From Eubacteriales bacterium (GTDB lineage: Bacteria; Bacillota; Clostridia; Oscillospirales; CAG-272): DNA of 39,181 nucleotides. Where the stretch lies: the NCBI GenBank assembly GCA_051893885.1, contig JBJFHS010000250.1:1-39181 (forward strand), written 5' to 3'. This document shows positions 8,543 to 17,254 of the stretch, piece by piece; position 1 is the stretch's first letter, and the number at the start of each line of letters is the position of its first letter. The notes beneath the pieces were generated by a model. It was not told the DNA's origin. It did not search any database and worked only from the letters and a program-made list of their open reading frames with translations. Made by a program: the position numbers and the translations under genes.

Positions 8543-9550
8543 TCAGCCGCCGATTTTTACGAGTGCTTTGTGGATTGCGAGGATGTTATCACGCGATGTA
8601 GTCGTCGGAAGCTCACATCCCGGCATGAACATTGCGCGGCGATTTTCAACCGACTCCGCTGTTTTGAGAATTGCTTCCTCTGTGTGCTCTGCGGTGCAGG
8701 AGAAAACGTCCGCAACGGGGTCGATATTTCCGTTTACCACGCAGTTGTCTCCGGCGATTTCCACGGCGCGCCTGAAGTCTACCTCGTGGTCAATGTCAAC
8801 AACTGCGGCACCTACGGTTGTAGTCATAGGCAGCAGGTCTGTGGTGTTTCCGCACATATGCATCCTTCCCGTGACGCCGAGCGACTTCATCTGAGCGTAT
8901 ATTCTAATGTGCTGCTTCATAATGCTGTCTTTGTAGAATTTCGGAGACATGAGGGAGGCAACGGGGTCGGCGACATAGATGTATTTCACACCTGCGGCGG
9001 CGAGCTCTTTTATTAAATCAAGCTGGGTCTCGGTCACCTTTTCGAGAAGCTCGTCAACAGCCTCGGGTTCGTCGTAACAGTCGACCATCAGATCCTCTAC
9101 ACCGCGGATGTTTCCGGCAATCGTCATAGGTCCGACGGCGAGGGTCATGGCGTAAATATCTCCCTCATTTTGGACGGCATACGATGCGGCTTCAACCAGA
9201 TCGTACATTCGGCGGACGTCCTTTGCGCGCTTGACTTCGAGCTTTGAAACGTCAAGAATGTCCTCAAGAGCGGGCTTTTTCAGAGTGGGAAGGCGGTCGG
9301 GCGTAAAGAGAATCTCCGAGCCGTATCCCTCCGCCTCACGTACAAGGTCTGACGCGATCTGAACGTAGTCGAGCTGCAGATCGTGCGCGGCGAGAATTGC
9401 TGATTTTGCCATTTCAATCGGATTTTTGCAGTATTCGGTTATGTCGATTCCGCTGTACTGCGTGACGACACTGCCCACGATTGTCAGGTTGGGTCTTCTG
9501 TCGACAGCCTTTTTTGCGAGATATGCGTCAAGTCTTTCCTTTGAGTTCAT
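8543..9550 (-). CDS. Uroporphyrinogen decarboxylase (URO-D) family protein, MtaA/CmuA-like methyltransferase type
   Basis: The 335-aa protein has a TIM-barrel URO-D family pattern (ERLDAYL...D...QIASDL.REAEGYG). The RBS is AAGGAGGT. Confidence 0.7.
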   Translation of the reverse strand: MNSKERLDAYLAKKAVDRRPNLTIVGSVVTQYSGIDITEYCKNPIEMAKSAILAAHDLQLDYVQIASDLVREAEGYGSEILFTPDRLPTLKKPALEDILDVSKLEVKRAKDVRRMYDLVEAASYAVQNEGDIYAMTLAVGPMTIAGNIRGVEDLMVDCYDEPEAVDELLEKVTETQLDLIKELAAAGVKYIYVADPVASLMSPKFYKDSIMKQHIRIYAQMKSLGVTGRMHMCGNTTDLLPMTTTVGAAVVDIDHEVDFRRAVEIAGDNCVVNGNIDPVADVFSCTAEHTEEAILKTAESVENRRAMFMPGCELPTTTSRDNILAIHKALVKIGG

Positions 9551-9599
9551 GATTTTTACCTCCTTAATATTACATACTTGGATGATAGGATTTTAGTTC

Positions 9600-9628
9600 A
9601 TTGTACCATTCGGAATGAAACAAGTCAA
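9600..9628 (-). promoter_or_regulatory. Sigma-A type promoter for the URO-D family gene
   Basis: The minus strand reads TTGACT (9628-9623), 17 nt, then TACAAT (9605-9600). Confidence 0.55.
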
Positions 9629-9698
9629 TATGCTTTTGTCGCTTTTTATAAAATTTGCGGAAAAAGAGGAAATAAAACCATATACTCTAAATTTTAAA

Positions 9699-9749
9699 CA
9701 AAAAAAACGCCCCATTGGGTTACCAATAATTGGAGTACCAACGAGAGCG
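9699..9749 (-). terminator. Intrinsic terminator downstream of tRNA-Cys
   Basis: On the minus strand, CGCTCTCGTTGG pairs with CCAATGGGGCG (with G-U pairs and one bulge). A run of 8-9 T follows. Confidence 0.6.
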
Positions 9750-9760
9750 AATGTAAATGA

Positions 9761-9831
9761 AGGCGACACCCGGAATCGGACCGGGGATGAAAGTTTTGCA
9801 GACTTCTGCCTTACCGCTTGGCTATGTCGCC
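9761..9831 (-). tRNA. tRNA-Cys (anticodon GCA)
   Basis: The reverse complement is GGCGACA-TA-GCC/AAGCGGTAA/GGC-A-GAAGT-CTGCAAA-ACTTT-CATC-CCCGG-TCCGATT-CCGGG-TGTCGCC-T. This folds as a full cloverleaf. CCA is not encoded. Confidence 0.9.
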
Positions 9832-9844
9832 GCTGACAAGTAGG

Positions 9845-9873
9845 ATTATACTATAATCTTTCAGTTTTGTCAA
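9845..9873 (-). promoter_or_regulatory. Exact-consensus sigma-A promoter driving tRNA-Cys
   Basis: The minus strand reads TTGACA (9873-9868), an exact 17-nt spacer, then TATAAT (9850-9845). The predicted start site is a few nt before the tRNA 5' end at 9831. Confidence 0.7.
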
Positions 9874-10018
9874 GAGCTTTTACACAATTTGTTTCAGAAA
9901 ATTTTATATCACGGGTTTTTATTCATGCGCGGATGTTCCTTTAGGCGGTTCTGTACTGCTCGCGAACTCCCGTGTCATTATTCAGTATATTCATGTTTTC
10001 CATTTGTGATACAGAAAA

Positions 10019-10828
10019 TCAAAAGCTGAGCTGCTCAGGAATCGGCTCCGACTTTTCTTCATCGGTTTCGGAAAGAGCGGCACTTGGCTTGTAAATCACG
10101 GCGTCGCGGAGATTTTTTACCTCACCGCTGAACACAAAGGTTATTGAAGGGTCAAAAATTCCGCACGTTTTGGCTATCGAGCGGCCGGCAGAAATTTTTT
10201 GGCTTGAAGTGAAAACCGCCGGATGCAGCTTTGATATCAGCTCGGTGAGCGAATCCTCTTCTCCGCCTTTCTGACGTATGAGATTTGTGCGCTTTGTCAC
10301 GCAGTCACGGCCGATTACGAGAATTTCCGGCTTCGTCGAGGCGATATACGAATAGACCGAGGCGGACAGAATGTATCTCGCATCGCTGTCGTATTCACCG
10401 GGTATGTATGAGGTTATTCCGAAAGAATCCGCTATAATTTCGAGCGATTCCGAAAGCGCATCTCTCTCCGCCGGTGTTTCGGTGCATATGACTATTTTTG
10501 TAACTCCGGCATGAAGCAGTTCTTTCAGCGCGCCGATAATCGCCACAGTGCGGTCAAATTCTCCGCAGAGCAGGATAAAACGCCGCCGTTCGAGAAGTTT
10601 TTTTGTGTCTTTCGGAGAGCGAGTGCGCAGTACGGCGGAAATTCTGTCACAGTCGAGCTCGCACGAGTTTCCGCAGGCGGTGGCGTCCCCGGTCATTGAC
10701 AGCTGAGCGCCGACTTTGGTGGGAAGGGTGAGGTAATTGGGTGTAAAATGTGCGCAGGAACAAATCCCCCTTACGGCTGTTCTGATTTCGTTGATGCTTC
10801 CGACTGATGTACGGCGACTGCGCGGCAT
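10019..10828 (-). CDS. Hypothetical protein (269 aa): Cys-rich N-terminus plus a Rossmann-like alpha/beta body
   Basis: The start is the ATG at 10828 (MPRSRR), after AAGGGGTGGG. I recognise no family. The gene has its own promoter and sits downstream of the neighbour's terminator. Confidence 0.65.
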   Translation of the reverse strand: MPRSRRTSVGSINEIRTAVRGICSCAHFTPNYLTLPTKVGAQLSMTGDATACGNSCELDCDRISAVLRTRSPKDTKKLLERRRFILLCGEFDRTVAIIGALKELLHAGVTKIVICTETPAERDALSESLEIIADSFGITSYIPGEYDSDARYILSASVYSYIASTKPEILVIGRDCVTKRTNLIRQKGGEEDSLTELISKLHPAVFTSSQKISAGRSIAKTCGIFDPSITFVFSGEVKNLRDAVIYKPSAALSETDEEKSEPIPEQLSF

Positions 10829-10876
10829 TTTTCCCACCCCTTCTGTCATATGACATAAAATTACATTATTATAGGT

Positions 10877-10905
10877 ATTATAGCATAAATCCGCGCAAAT
10901 GTCCA
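10877..10905 (-). promoter_or_regulatory. Sigma-A type promoter for the 269-aa hypothetical gene
   Basis: The minus strand reads TGGACA (10905-10900), 17 nt, then TGcTATAAT (TATAAT at 10882-10877). Confidence 0.55.
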
Positions 10906-10909
10906 CAAT

Positions 10910-10957
10910 AAAAATGAAAAATCCTCCGCACGGCATCACAGCAGCTATACGGAGGAT
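10910..10957 (-). terminator. Intrinsic terminator after the glycosidase-like gene
   Basis: On the minus strand, ATCCTCCG (10957-10950) pairs with CGGAGGAT (10928-10921), followed by TTTTCATTTTT. Confidence 0.75.
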
Positions 10958-11006
10958 CAACTGTTTTTAGAGGACAAAAATCGTCAGAAAATATGCCTGA
11001 ATCTGT

Positions 11007-12644
11007 TCACCACAGGGATATGGTCGTTTCAAAATCTCTTCCGCTGAGTCCGCGTATCCAGACCCATGACGCGCGCTCTGTCTGCTCGATTTCGTAGCTC
11101 TGACCTGAGAGCAGACGCAGGTGCTTCGGGAATGGACCGAACCTCACGTCGAGCTTGTCTATCACATCTGAGCTGCTCAGGCGGAACGTGCAGGTTTTTC
11201 CCGCCCTGTCGTGATTCATCGAATAGGTGAGAGAGGAAATTTTTCCGTCTGAGGTGACGTACGGGAAGTTTTCGGCGGTGATTCCGTCCCATTTCCACGG
11301 AAGTCGCGGCATTATGCGCAAAGTGTCCGCATCGCTGTCGTCGATTCCCGCAACCAGACGGAACGCCTTTATCACTTCGGTCTCCTGAACAAGGTTTCCC
11401 TCGTCTCCGGGGTATTCAGCCACTCCTTTGCGGCCCAGCTTGTGAGTGCCGAAGGTGTGGTCAAGGCCTTCCTCGTAGTTTTCGTATGTGAAGCACTCGT
11501 GCATGACCCACGGATTCATCTCATCCGCCATGTCAGCGACAATATCGCCGTCGTAAGCGAGTCTGCATATGCCGTCGAGCAGGAGCGAATATGTGTTGAC
11601 GTCGTCGCTCATCAGCGCAGCCTGAGTCATGAAGCCCTGGCTGTATCCGCACATGAAGTCGTCGTGACGCTCGCCCATTCCGGTCCATCCGCTGCCGCTG
11701 ACAAAGCCGTATTTGCGGAATAGCCTGTCCGTGTTCATATAACCGAGCACGTGGCGGTAGCTGTTTTTGTGTGTCTGAAGCTGAGCGTCGTCCACCATCC
11801 GCAGTCCTATAGCATCCGATTGGAGAATAAACGGAAGCTGCCTTGTCCAGTGCCACACGGGCCACGAGGTGAAGTCCCACTCGGAGAAATCGTATGCCCT
11901 GCCGTCGCGCCCGTCGAGACCGTTCAGCCAGCAGCCGTCGGGTGTGTTTGAGGGAATCTTTCCCGCGGTCAGACGCTCTGTAATCTCATCGGTGAGCTTT
12001 TTCTCCATCTCCGCGATTTTTCCGGCGATTTGGCTGCCCGTGTGAGACGCCATTTCGCAAAGACCGGTGAGAGCCATTTTCAGCGCGTAATTCGGATAAA
12101 TCGCCGTGACGGTGTAAGGTGTGTTTGGGTTTCCCGACAGCTCCGAAATGCAGGGGAGGAGATATCCGCACGGGTTTTCCTTCATTTCCGAGTCAAGCCA
12201 GTTGATTACGGGTGTGATAAGCTCGGGCCAGCGCTTTGCAAGTTCGTCACGTCTTTTGCTCATACGCCAGACATTGTACAGCCCCAGAAGAATCAGAGCG
12301 TTTCCGTCGGCCTCATACCTGTTTCCGTCAGCAGAGGCGGTTGTGCGTCCCCAGTGGTCTCCTTTGTTGATGTGGCTGAGAAGGTACTCCGAGGCTGCCT
12401 CTGTCTGAGCGGAAAATCCCAGCCGGCTGAGCTCGATAAGACCGCGTCCGGCGTCACGTGTCCATATGCTTTTATAGTAGCAGGTGTTCGGATGCTCGAT
12501 GGTTGAGGTGTGGAAAAAACCTTTTTCGTATTCTCCGCCGCACATTTCAATCTTTTCGACAAGGTCGTGCAGATTTTCGGTGAAAACGGTGCTCATCATT
12601 TTTGCGCAGTCGTTGCCGCTGAAGCGCAGAACCGGTATATTCAT
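11007..12644 (-). CDS. Six-hairpin (alpha/alpha)6 glycosidase-like protein (GH15/GDE_C-like fold), cytoplasmic
   Basis: The 545-aa protein contains SIWTRDAGRGLIEL (a W-x-RD motif as in glucoamylase and debranching-enzyme barrels). It is aromatic- and acid-rich and has no signal peptide. The RBS is AAAGGGA. Confidence 0.6.
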   Translation of the reverse strand: MNIPVLRFSGNDCAKMMSTVFTENLHDLVEKIEMCGGEYEKGFFHTSTIEHPNTCYYKSIWTRDAGRGLIELSRLGFSAQTEAASEYLLSHINKGDHWGRTTASADGNRYEADGNALILLGLYNVWRMSKRRDELAKRWPELITPVINWLDSEMKENPCGYLLPCISELSGNPNTPYTVTAIYPNYALKMALTGLCEMASHTGSQIAGKIAEMEKKLTDEITERLTAGKIPSNTPDGCWLNGLDGRDGRAYDFSEWDFTSWPVWHWTRQLPFILQSDAIGLRMVDDAQLQTHKNSYRHVLGYMNTDRLFRKYGFVSGSGWTGMGERHDDFMCGYSQGFMTQAALMSDDVNTYSLLLDGICRLAYDGDIVADMADEMNPWVMHECFTYENYEEGLDHTFGTHKLGRKGVAEYPGDEGNLVQETEVIKAFRLVAGIDDSDADTLRIMPRLPWKWDGITAENFPYVTSDGKISSLTYSMNHDRAGKTCTFRLSSSDVIDKLDVRFGPFPKHLRLLSGQSYEIEQTERASWVWIRGLSGRDFETTISLW

Positions 12645-12704
12645 TTTAAGTCCCTTTCATTTGCCTGTTTTGCTGATATTATCTATATAATAGTTATATC
12701 TATG

Positions 12705-12756
12705 AAAAAAGTCAAGCGGTTCGGCAAAATACGGAAAAAACATATTGCGAACCGCT
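12705..12756 (-). terminator. Intrinsic terminator after the ABC exporter gene
   Basis: On the minus strand, the 9-bp stem AGCGGTTCG/CGAACCGCT (12756-12748 with 12723-12715) has a large loop and is followed by TGACTTTTTT. Confidence 0.6.
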
Positions 12757-12795
12757 GGTACTTTATTTTTCACATCGCCGGATAAACAGCGAAAG

Positions 12796-14553
12796 TTATC
12801 TGAGAACTATCTTTTCGCCGGTGTTTGCGCGGAACTGAAGGCTGTACAGGTCGGCATACATTCCGCCTTTTTTGATAAGCTCATCGTGGCTGCCCTGCTC
12901 AACTATCTTTCCGTCGGCTATAACCGCGATTTCGTCCGCATTTTTGATTGTCGAGAGCCTGTGTGCGACTACTATTGTGGTTCTGCCCTTGCAAAGCTCG
13001 TCCAAAGCCTGCTGAATCAGAATTTCGGTCGTGTTGTCGAGTGCGCTTGTTGCCTCATCGAGAATCAGAATCGGCGGATTTTTGAGGAACACTCTCGCGA
13101 TTGAAAGCCTCTGCTTTTGTCCGCCGGAAAGACGCACGCCTCGCTCGCCGATTACAGTGGCGTATCCGTTTTCAAGCGACATTATGTAGTCGTGGATGTT
13201 TGCGCGTTTTGCGGCTTCGACTACCTCCTCGTCGGTGGCGTCAAGTCTGCCGTAGAGTATGTTTTCCTTTATGCTCGCGTTGAAGAGGTATATGTCCTGC
13301 TGCACTATTCCGATGTTGCGGCGGAGAGATTCCATCGTGATGTCGTGAATTTCGCGCCCGTCGATCAGAATCTGACCCTTTGTAATGTTGTAAAAATGCG
13401 GAATAAGGTGGCATATCGTGGTTTTTCCGCCGCCGGACGGTCCCACAAGGGCGAAGGTCTCTCCCTTTTTTATATCGAGGCTGAGGTGGTCGATGACCTC
13501 GTTTTCCTCGCCGCCGTCCTCCGGGCTGGTGTACGAGTAGGATACGTCGCGCAGTTCAATGTGACCCTGAGCCTTTCCGATGTCGACTGCGGTGGGTGAG
13601 TCCTCCTCGGGCTTTTCTTCGATTATCTCAATGAATCTCTCGAAGCCGGTCACACCGTTCTGGTACTGCTCCATGAAGTTGATGAGGGTCATGACGGGGG
13701 AGATGAACATACTGATTGACACTACAAATGCAGAGTAGTCGCCGAAGGTTATTTTTCCGCTGTAGAGGAAAAGTCCGCCCGCGATTAAAATGATTACGTT
13801 GAAGACATCGGTGATGAAAGTCGTGCCGGAGTGAAACTGACCCATGGCGTTGTATGCGTCGCGGCGGGCCTCAATGAAGGACTGGTTGCCTTCCTCAAAC
13901 TTTTCTTCTTCCTTATCGGAGTTGGTGAAGGCTTTTGTGACGCGGATTCCGGATATACTGCTCTCGAGAGAGGCGTTGATCTGTGCTATCGACTGTCGGG
14001 AACGTGCAAAAGCGTCGCGCATCTTGTTTTTCAGCAGCATTGCAATCAGCAGGAGAAAAGGAACGGCGACAAAGATGATCAGCGTGAGGTAGATATTGAT
14101 TATTGACAGATAGATAAACGACGCGACGATTGAGATGGTTGATATGATGATATTTTCGGGGCCGTGGTGCGCGAGCTCGCTGATATCCATGAGGTCGTTG
14201 GTCATGCGCGACATGATTTTGCCGGTCTCGTGGTTGTCATAGAAGCTGTAGGGCAGTTTTTCGAGATGGGTGAACATATCCCGTCTCATCTGCGCCTGCA
14301 TTTTGACGCCCATCATATGACCTATGTACTGGATGAAGTAATTGAGCATCATTTTGACAAAGTACAACAGGAGAAGTGTTAGGCCGAAAATGACGATCAT
14401 GCGGTAATTTTTATTCGGTATCAGGTCGTTGAGCATGGTTCGCGTCACGACGGGATAGACGATTCCGATAAGCGAAACGCCAAGCGAGGCGAGCATATCG
14501 AGAATAAAGACCCCGATGTGCGGTTTGTAATAGGCAATGAATTTTTTTAACAT
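12796..14553 (-). CDS. ABC transporter, fused permease/ATPase half-transporter (MsbA/type I exporter class)
   Basis: It has an N-terminal six-TM domain. The ATPase motifs are Walker A GPSGGGKTT, signature LSGGQKQRLSIAR, Walker B ILILDEATSALD and the H-loop VAHRL. Confidence 0.9.
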   Translation of the reverse strand: MLKKFIAYYKPHIGVFILDMLASLGVSLIGIVYPVVTRTMLNDLIPNKNYRMIVIFGLTLLLLYFVKMMLNYFIQYIGHMMGVKMQAQMRRDMFTHLEKLPYSFYDNHETGKIMSRMTNDLMDISELAHHGPENIIISTISIVASFIYLSIINIYLTLIIFVAVPFLLLIAMLLKNKMRDAFARSRQSIAQINASLESSISGIRVTKAFTNSDKEEEKFEEGNQSFIEARRDAYNAMGQFHSGTTFITDVFNVIILIAGGLFLYSGKITFGDYSAFVVSISMFISPVMTLINFMEQYQNGVTGFERFIEIIEEKPEEDSPTAVDIGKAQGHIELRDVSYSYTSPEDGGEENEVIDHLSLDIKKGETFALVGPSGGGKTTICHLIPHFYNITKGQILIDGREIHDITMESLRRNIGIVQQDIYLFNASIKENILYGRLDATDEEVVEAAKRANIHDYIMSLENGYATVIGERGVRLSGGQKQRLSIARVFLKNPPILILDEATSALDNTTEILIQQALDELCKGRTTIVVAHRLSTIKNADEIAVIADGKIVEQGSHDELIKKGGMYADLYSLQFRANTGEKIVLR

Positions 14554-14591
14554 CAGCAGCTCCGTTAATTTGATAAACTTTGATTACATCA

Positions 14592-14620
14592 ATTATAAAT
14601 GAATTTTTTAATTTTGTCAA
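14592..14620 (-). promoter_or_regulatory. Exact-consensus sigma-A promoter for the ABC exporter gene
   Basis: The minus strand reads TTGACA (14620-14615), exactly 17 nt, then TATAAT (14597-14592). Confidence 0.65.
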
Positions 14621-14664
14621 TCAAATTTTAAAAAATGCCTTTCAAACAGAACCGTGACGCAATT

Positions 14665-14701
14665 AAAAAACTCCGCTGCGTAAGCTGAGCCGCATTGGAG
14701 T
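14665..14701 (-). terminator. Probable intrinsic terminator after the secreted-protein gene pair
   Basis: An imperfect hairpin pairs AACTCC...GGAGTT, with an inner TGCG/CGCA stem. TTTTTT follows on the minus strand. Confidence 0.5.
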
Positions 14702-14750
14702 TGATGACGGAAAGATTATATGGATACTAAACCTATGACATTACCGATTT

Positions 14751-15275
14751 TTATTCAGCGTCGGTAAGCTCAATAAGATATGTCATGCTGCCGGTGTAAG
14801 TAACACCCTTGGCTGAGGAAGGAAGCACTACCGGGAGAACCTTCAGATTAACCGAGCCGTCCTCTGTAAAAGAAGCAAGCTCAACGCCGTTTACCTGGTC
14901 TTTTCCGCCGGTGGTTTCGATTACGGTTTCATCGGGGAGAACTATCTGGTAACGCATTACGCAGCTGGAACCCGATTCGGACTGTCCGGCGAGAACCATC
15001 TGGTTGCGGTACTGGTCGGTGCCGGCAATTTTTACGGAGATTTTCTGATTTCCGAGGTTAGCTACATTTTCGGCTGAAATTGTCATGTCTGCGCCGGCGT
15101 TTGTAATGGTTATGGATTCGGGAATGGTTACTGTAAAAGTAGGGTCGTTGGCATACTCGTAAGTGAAAGAAGTGGAAGCATTTCCTCCGTCTGTGTCTAC
15201 GTCAGCTGCGGAAACAACTGCGCCGGCGCCGGAGAGCATCAGTAAAGCCATGATGAGTGCGATTTTTCTTTTCAT
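14751..15275 (-). CDS. Secreted beta-rich protein of unknown family (174 aa)
   Basis: The start is the ATG at 15275 after GGAGGA. The signal peptide is MKRKIALIMALLMLSGAGAVVSA/AD. The mature part is Thr/Ser/Val-rich (TFTVTIPESITIT...YTGSMTYLIEL). Confidence 0.7.
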   Translation of the reverse strand: MKRKIALIMALLMLSGAGAVVSAADVDTDGGNASTSFTYEYANDPTFTVTIPESITITNAGADMTISAENVANLGNQKISVKIAGTDQYRNQMVLAGQSESGSSCVMRYQIVLPDETVIETTGGKDQVNGVELASFTEDGSVNLKVLPVVLPSSAKGVTYTGSMTYLIELTDAE

Positions 15276-15335
15276 TTTAATTTTCCTCCAGAATATTTTA
15301 TTTATCATCAGGCATAAGCCCAATAGACTTGATAG

Positions 15336-15815
15336 TCAAATCACGAACAGCTTTGTTTTAACTATGGCGTTGTTCATGGTTTTGCCTTCGGCAGAGAAAA
15401 CATTGACCTTGATTTTTAATTCGTATTCTCCGATATCGAGCGCCCTGTTCAGCTCCGCTTCAGTTACAGCTTTTCCCGGTTCAATAAGCCCGGTGGAGCT
15501 GATGGGTTTTTCGTCGTCGTCGAGGTACAGCTCGAAGGAAAACAGACAGCTGTTCGCTTCAGGGTTATATAAAGTTATTTTTACGTTTGTTTCATCAGCC
15601 GGAAAATATATGTCTCCGTAGCCGGGGATTTTGATGCCCCCCTGACCGCCGTTGTCAACGGATGCAGACCAGCTTACCGCGTTTGTATCTATTTTTAACC
15701 CGGTGTCGGAGGTGATTCCGGAATTACGACCGATAATGAATGCCGCAATAATCATAAGCACCGCCGCAAGTATTGCTGTCAGATAAATTGCAGCGCGGGA
15801 TTTGTTTTTATCCAT
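15336..15815 (-). CDS. N-terminally membrane-anchored extracytoplasmic protein of unknown family (159 aa)
   Basis: It has a single N-terminal TM segment (AAIYLTAILAAVLMIIAAFII) followed by a beta-rich domain (IKIPGYGDIYFPADETNVKITLYNPEANSCLFSFELYL). The RBS is AAGGAG. Confidence 0.7.
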   Translation of the reverse strand: MDKNKSRAAIYLTAILAAVLMIIAAFIIGRNSGITSDTGLKIDTNAVSWSASVDNGGQGGIKIPGYGDIYFPADETNVKITLYNPEANSCLFSFELYLDDDEKPISSTGLIEPGKAVTEAELNRALDIGEYELKIKVNVFSAEGKTMNNAIVKTKLFVI

Positions 15816-15940
15816 AAGTTCGCTCCTTCTCTGTTCGCTGACCTGATTTTACCGCCGGCTTGTAAAAACTGAAATCGAGGCGGCGAAAAATAAAAGTAAA
15901 TTTATGCTTTGATATCATAAAAACATTAATCCACCACAGA

Positions 15941-15969
15941 TTGACATTTTTTGCGCGCGGTGATATAAT
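15941..15969 (+). promoter_or_regulatory. Exact-consensus extended -10 sigma-A promoter for azlCD
   Basis: TTGACA (15941-15946), exactly 17 nt, then TGaTATAAT (TATAAT at 15964-15969). Confidence 0.7.
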
Positions 15970-16015
15970 CTTTGCTGCATATGTAATTTAATTGGAAAGA
16001 GAAATAACAGACGAA

Positions 16016-16768
16016 ATGCAGAGTGATAATGTAAAACGCGCTTTCAATGCCGCTTTGCCGAGGACGCTGCCGGTTTTTGCGGGATACTGCTTCCTCGGAA
16101 TGACTTACGGAATATACCTGAACACCTCCGGACTTCCACAGTGGTTTCCGATAATAATGTCGCTGATAATTTTTTCGGGCTCAGCTGAAATCATAACGGT
16201 CGGGCTCATGCTGACAAAATTCGACCCGCTCAACGCCTTTATGATTGCGTTCATCACCGGCGCGAGGTACCTGTTCTACGGAATATCAATGCTCGACAAA
16301 TATAAAGGACTCGGCTGGAAGAAATTCTATCTGATATACGGCATGGTCGATGAGAGCTTTTCCATAAACTATCAGTCCGTGCTGTCTCCCGATGTTGACC
16401 GCGGCTGGTTCATGTTTTTCGTCACACTTCTCGACCACCTGTACTGGATTTTCGGCGCGGTTTCGGGCGGATTCCTCGGCTCACTTATCGGATTTGACAC
16501 TACAGGGCTGGATTTTGTCATGACCGCGATGTTCGTGGTTATTTTCATGAATCAGTGGATGACGGAAAAACGCCACCTGAGCGAGCTTATCGGAGGTGCG
16601 GCAACTGTGCTGTGCCTTGTGATTTTCGGCGCGGACAACTTTATTATACCGACAATGGCGGTAATTCTCGTTTGTCTTACGGCTTTCAGAAAACCTCTTA
16701 CCAAAGCCGCGGATGAAAACGACACATACAAAATCAGCAAATCGAACAGCTCGGAGGCGGCAAAATGA
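16016..16768 (+). CDS. azlC: AzlC family branched-chain amino acid exporter subunit
   Basis: It is a multi-TM protein of AzlC layout (LP.F.GY...G..YG). The start is ambiguous between the TTG at 15992 and the ATG at 16016. It overlaps azlD through ATGA. Confidence 0.8.
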   Translation: MQSDNVKRAFNAALPRTLPVFAGYCFLGMTYGIYLNTSGLPQWFPIIMSLIIFSGSAEIITVGLMLTKFDPLNAFMIAFITGARYLFYGISMLDKYKGLGWKKFYLIYGMVDESFSINYQSVLSPDVDRGWFMFFVTLLDHLYWIFGAVSGGFLGSLIGFDTTGLDFVMTAMFVVIFMNQWMTEKRHLSELIGGAATVLCLVIFGADNFIIPTMAVILVCLTAFRKPLTKAADENDTYKISKSNSSEAAK

Positions 16769-17094
16769 CTATAACACAACAGCTTATCACTATATTGATG
16801 GTGTCACTCGGCACGATGGCGATGCGTTTTCTGCCTTTTATAATTTTTCCCGCGGGAAAGCCTACGCCAAAATACATAAGCTATCTCGGACGGGTGCTTC
16901 CCGGCGCAATATTTGCGATGCTTGTGGTGTACTGCCTGAAAAACGTTTCGTTTGTAACTTCTCCGTTCGGTGTGCCGGAGATTATATCAATAATAGTCGT
17001 AGTGGTTCTGCACCTCTGGAAAAAGCAGATGATTCTGTCGATGGCGGGCGGAACGGTGGTGTATATGCTCCTCGTTCAGCTGGTCTTCAAATAA
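16765..17094 (+). CDS. azlD: AzlD family branched-chain amino acid transport protein
   Basis: It is a 109-aa hydrophobic protein (R.LPF) that is translationally coupled to azlC. Confidence 0.8.
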   Translation: MTITQQLITILMVSLGTMAMRFLPFIIFPAGKPTPKYISYLGRVLPGAIFAMLVVYCLKNVSFVTSPFGVPEIISIIVVVVLHLWKKQMILSMAGGTVVYMLLVQLVFK

Positions 17095-17188
17095 TACGAA
17101 GCAGCGGAGCCGGTTCCCGATTTCGCCGGAAATTCAGCGTCAGATATAAGATATAAGAGCGATTATTGTCATTTTTAATCCGAAACTG

Positions 17189-17217
17189 TTGCAGAAATGC
17201 GGCGGTTGTGCTATCAT
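17189..17217 (+). promoter_or_regulatory. Sigma-A type promoter for the HdeD-like gene
   Basis: TTGCAG (17189-17194), 17 nt, then TGcTATCAT (17212-17217). Confidence 0.45.
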
Positions 17218-17254
17218 ATTTACAGCGAAAAAAATAATCTGAAGGAGTAGAAAA

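Noticed and set aside
9615-9836. A 73-aa plus-strand ORF.
   Set aside because: It overlaps the tRNA-Cys gene and its terminator on the opposite strand.
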